NCBI GenBank assembly: GCA_964514565.1
Contig: CAZERA010000001.1
Span: 372,001 to 436,000, forward strand
Direction: 5' to 3'
DNA: 64,000 nucleotides
Source: an uncultured Candidatus Peribacteria bacterium
Lineage (GTDB): Bacteria > Patescibacteriota > Gracilibacteria > RBG-16-42-10
In this document: positions 60,605-64,000 of the stretch, piece after piece
How the letters are laid out: each line of letters opens with the position of its first letter
How positions within the stretch are numbered: position 1 is the stretch's first letter
Position numbers and translations under genes: made by a program
The notes under the pieces: model-generated
Told to the model about the DNA's origin: nothing
Database searches by the model: none
Seen by the model: only the letters and a program-made list of their open reading frames with translations

Positions 60605-60682
60605 TGCTAAGTATGTTCACAAAGCTACTTGTTGTTGTAACCGCTTTTTTGTTGTAAGATAGCCTCTTTTTATTTTTTGCTC

Positions 60683-61567
60683 ATGCCATCTGAGGCAGTT
60701 CCTGTAGTTACTATTTTGGTAGCTGGCAGTGTGGAAGATACTTTCCGGCCTGGCTGGGATAATAAACTATCTCGGGTATTGGTTTGGTCAGGACAAAAAG
60801 TACGGCCTACAAAAGTGCCATATGGAATCTTCGCAGAAGTCTGTAGGGCTGCAAATGGTGCCCTAGAGTCTGCTTCATCGGCAGCCAATCGCTCTGCTGC
60901 AGTAGTACGTGCTCATTATCGTGGGCAGTTTTCGACTGTTTTAGACTCAGTCAGTGAACACGATAAGTACGATATACAAGCAATGGTAGAGGGTAGAGCG
61001 AAGTTGATTTTTCTGATTAATACTCCTGGTGGTTGTGTCAGTGCAGAAAAGAAATTGGTGCGATATGCTGATCGAGTACGAAAAAATGGAGGGGAGGTCT
61101 GGGCATTTGGTCAGAAAAAGGTCAGTAGTGCTGGGGCGACAATTTTTATGCATGCAGACAGTGAAAGAAGAATACTTGAAGAAAATACTTCTTTGTACTT
61201 CCATCTCAGTACTGCTGCCAAAAGAGACGAGTCACTTACTATTAGCGATCTACAAATGGAGGGAAATAGGTGGGATGAAGTGGTGGCAATGAAGAGGCTA
61301 TTCGTCGGTGCATGTTTGGATTCATGTTATGCAACTTACTTGGAAAGAATGGTTGATTCATTGAGCAGTAAGACTCCTTTGGGTAAAGATCTAGAATGGC
61401 GATTTTCTGCAAAAGAAGCACAGCAACTCTGGAAAGTAGCGCCTCGCACCGTGCAAATGTTTAGGTCTTCATACGCTAGTATCTTTGAGGATGATAGTTC
61501 AGCACAAACATTTTTGGCCAGTCGAGAAGCTAGTGGCATCAACAAATTTCTTGAGCACCATTTATAG
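60683..61567 (+). CDS. divergent ClpP-like peptidase, paralog 2
   Basis: FLINTPGG.V, SSAGATIF, FHLST, E..FSAKEA. Confidence 0.75.
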   Translation: MPSEAVPVVTILVAGSVEDTFRPGWDNKLSRVLVWSGQKVRPTKVPYGIFAEVCRAANGALESASSAANRSAAVVRAHYRGQFSTVLDSVSEHDKYDIQAMVEGRAKLIFLINTPGGCVSAEKKLVRYADRVRKNGGEVWAFGQKKVSSAGATIFMHADSERRILEENTSLYFHLSTAAKRDESLTISDLQMEGNRWDEVVAMKRLFVGACLDSCYATYLERMVDSLSSKTPLGKDLEWRFSAKEAQQLWKVAPRTVQMFRSSYASIFEDDSSAQTFLASREASGINKFLEHHL

Positions 61568-61569
61568 CA

Positions 61570-62457
61570 ATGAAACGCAATCTTCCTACCGTTACTTTTG
61601 TGCTTGATGATGATCTAGAGAAAGCCTTTGTGCCTGATATTCGCGGGAGACTGAGGAATGTGCTTTTTACACCTGCTAAGCAATTAAGTTTTGTGCCCCT
61701 AGATAAAGCTGTCCTCTATGAAGCTCTCAATGTGTTTACTTGGCGGAAATATCCGCGTGGGGAAATCACTACTAGGGCTTTGGTAGAGGTGATAGTACAA
61801 CAAAGTGAAGAAAAGTTTGCTGCTGCCTGTGGACAAGCTGACCCAGTGTCGCAAAAGATTGCGCATACTATTTTTAGCGAACCTCATCGAGTAGTTTTTT
61901 TGTTAAATACTCCAGGTGGGTATGTCTCTACTGGGGATAAATTTACTAATTATATCGATCATGTCCAAAGATTGGCTGGGGAGGCTTGGGCATATGGCAA
62001 TGGATATGTGAATAGTACTGCTGCTGACTTGTTGATGGATGTTCCTGCCAGATGTCGGCATTTGCATAAAGATACCGAACTGCTTTTCCATTTGAGTACT
62101 GGCGCTAGAGTTGATGCGGCCCATACGCTCAGCACCGAAAAGATGGCTGAAGCTAGAGCTACTGAACTGGCTAGTATGAAGGAAATGTTTAGGCGGGCTA
62201 CTTATCATCCTGATCATGCCCAGTATGTGGTTGATTTGGTGGATCGAGCTAGTCTGAAACCGGCAATTGGTGAAGATGTAGAGGTAGTATTTAGTGCCGC
62301 TGAGACACAACTGCTTTGGCATGTCGGTTGTCACAGCGGACCTGATTTGCTTTGGCATTATCTGCGAAACCTGAAGCCAAGAACCAAAAGCAGTACGTTG
62401 GAAAAGTTTATCAGCCTACCTGATGCTCGACCGATTGCTAAATTTTTTGGTTTGTAA
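61570..62457 (+). CDS. divergent ClpP-like peptidase, paralog 3
   Basis: FLLNTPGGYV.TG, NSTAA.LL, FHLST, E..FSAAET. Confidence 0.75.
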   Translation: MKRNLPTVTFVLDDDLEKAFVPDIRGRLRNVLFTPAKQLSFVPLDKAVLYEALNVFTWRKYPRGEITTRALVEVIVQQSEEKFAAACGQADPVSQKIAHTIFSEPHRVVFLLNTPGGYVSTGDKFTNYIDHVQRLAGEAWAYGNGYVNSTAADLLMDVPARCRHLHKDTELLFHLSTGARVDAAHTLSTEKMAEARATELASMKEMFRRATYHPDHAQYVVDLVDRASLKPAIGEDVEVVFSAAETQLLWHVGCHSGPDLLWHYLRNLKPRTKSSTLEKFISLPDARPIAKFFGL

Positions 62458-62459
62458 TT

Positions 62460-62504
62460 AAAAAGATGAGAAGCTTAGTTGGTCCTAAGACATTCTCACC
62501 TTTT
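62460..62504. terminator. imperfect bidirectional terminator hairpin
   Basis: AAAAGATGAGAA.CTTAG...CTAAG...TTCTCACCTTTT between convergent genes. Confidence 0.55.
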
Positions 62505-62533
62505 GAGAAACCATTGATTTGAATCGAACAGTC

Positions 62534-64000
62534 TTACTTGGTAAGCGCTAGGAGTTGTTTGCGGTAAACGAATGCGGCGCTAGCTAGGATACTGAGAGTG
62601 AAGACTACCATCACACCGACTGGACCTGTAGTAGGTAATTCGACGAAGGCTACTGCGTAGGCACCTGTATCGAGAGTGGCTGTGTTGGGTGCTAGTGACA
62701 CTGTCTTGCTACTAGCGTCTGGTTCTCCAGAAGCTGTGTAGGTAATCACTACGCGACCGTTGCCTGGAATAGTGAAGGTGAGACCTTCAGCATTACCGAT
62801 AGTACCACTGCTATAGAGTGCACCGTCTACGCGGAGTGAGTCTGGATTGAAGCGTACGAGACCACCGCTTTGACCAGGCACTACACCGTTGTTGAGACCG
62901 ATAGTATCCACTACACGATGAGTTTCTGCCTCAGCATTTGGATTGCTGATGACTATAGTATAGTTGGCAATCTCACCACGTTTTACTTTGCCAGGAGTAA
63001 CAGTCTTTTCAATACCGATTGGTTGCGCTGGAGGAGGAGGAATAACCATTCCTACCACTTGGACTGAAGCATCAGCTTCATCACGGATGTTGACGTTTGG
63101 AGTGTCATCACGGAGAGATGCAGTGTTGTCTACAGTGACGATGTCGCTACCAGTGAGTCCTGGAGCACTGACACGGACACGGTAAGTAATACGGATATCA
63201 TCATCTGCACCGACATCTTCACAAGTGATACCATCTGAGTCATTCATCTCACCACTACAGTCACCATCACCACTCACGCGGATCTTGGTGCTATTGCGGA
63301 CATAAGTGAATTTGACGCCCTTGTCTCCACTCAATGTACCATCATCATTGATATCATCAGTGATCAGTAAAGTAAGATTAGCAATCTCATCATTGGTACC
63401 TCTTGGTGAAACACGGATAGTATAAGTCACTTCGTCTCCATCATGTACCAATTGAGGTGAAGCATCCTTGCGGATACGGAAGTCAGTATGGAGTGTAGCT
63501 GTACCACGCACTTGCACTACAGCAGGATTGCTAACTGGAGCAGCATTGCTTGGAGTAGCGGTAGCTGTGTTGCGGTTATAGCCACTATCTGTGGTGCCAC
63601 TATTGGTACCAGTTGCACTATAGCTGAGTGTGGCACTTTGACCCGCCGCAAGATTGAATGTACGAGCAGCAAGATCAGCACCGAGATTGGTCACAGTACA
63701 AGGAGTAGCGATTACACAAGCCCCAGTAGGAGTAATCAAACGAATATTGCTTACATTGCTCACGTTTGGAAGACCACTGACTAATGTGTCACTGAGGACG
63801 ATATTAGTCACATCAACTGTGCTGGTATTGCGGACGGTAATCAAGTAATTGAGAGTAGTCCCATTGTTTACAACTACTGCACTAGCATCAGTATCAGCAG
63901 CTTGGCTGTTGACGTCTTTTGTAATAGTAATAGTAGGAGTGATTGGTGTAGTACCAGTGACAATGACAACTGCAGGATTAGTTACAGGACCTGTCTCAGT
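62534..64000 (-). CDS. surface protein with DUF11/isopeptide-type Ig repeats and C-terminal LPxTG sorting signal (5'-partial)
   Basis: frame is open to the window end; repeated I.K......G....Y.I.V.N ... N.A motifs; ends LPTTG + hydrophobic helix + YRK. Confidence 0.85.
   Translation of the reverse strand, partial: TETGPVTNPAVVIVTGTTPITPTITITKDVNSQAADTDASAVVVNNGTTLNYLITVRNTSTVDVTNIVLSDTLVSGLPNVSNVSNIRLITPTGACVIATPCTVTNLGADLAARTFNLAAGQSATLSYSATGTNSGTTDSGYNRNTATATPSNAAPVSNPAVVQVRGTATLHTDFRIRKDASPQLVHDGDEVTYTIRVSPRGTNDEIANLTLLITDDINDDGTLSGDKGVKFTYVRNSTKIRVSGDGDCSGEMNDSDGITCEDVGADDDIRITYRVRVSAPGLTGSDIVTVDNTASLRDDTPNVNIRDEADASVQVVGMVIPPPPAQPIGIEKTVTPGKVKRGEIANYTIVISNPNAEAETHRVVDTIGLNNGVVPGQSGGLVRFNPDSLRVDGALYSSGTIGNAEGLTFTIPGNGRVVITYTASGEPDASSKTVSLAPNTATLDTGAYAVAFVELPTTGPVGVMVVFTLSILASAAFVYRKQLLALTK

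Noticed and set aside
59723..62457. ClpP-like genes as prophage head-maturation proteases
   Set aside because: No portal, terminase or capsid genes are adjacent, and a triple tandem arrangement does not fit a head module.

Overview
This is a gene-dense bacterial chromosome segment read in genetic code 11 (TGA terminates htpX, ybeY and others). By inference it comes from a Patescibacteria/CPR lineage, based on the sigma-r4/HARE-HTH fusion, DUF5665, short HrcA, SLH and LPxTG proteins, absence of metabolic genes and near-absence of Shine-Dalgarno sites. Core content is ruvAB, ligA, lemA-htpX, a clpB-hrcA-grpE-dnaK-degP-dnaJ heat-shock cluster with two perfect CIRCE operators, leuS, gltX, gatCAB, rny, mrdA-mreD-mreC, dnaE, rpsU-ybeY-ftsA-ftsZ, cysS, metG, tRNA-Lys(UUU) and tRNA-Ala(UGC). 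I found no CRISPR array, transposase, integrase or rRNA. The most interesting observations are: (1) an accessory block at about 57.9-62.5 kb, where a Tyr-rich leader peptide with full attenuator geometry precedes a GCS2-type carboxylate-amine ligase and a class-I amidotransferase, followed by three tandem divergent ClpP-fold paralogs; (2) rpsU carrying an 11-nt perfect SD while most other genes lack one, resembling Bacteroidetes-type bS21 autoregulation; (3) a 662-aa orphan with two complementary degenerate GGDEF/palm half-sites; (4) a secreted protein with five exact 33-aa Cys/Tyr repeats; (5) families of intergenic ATGC-loop hairpins and 6/7-mer repeats. All calls come from reading the sequence by eye; no database searches were run.
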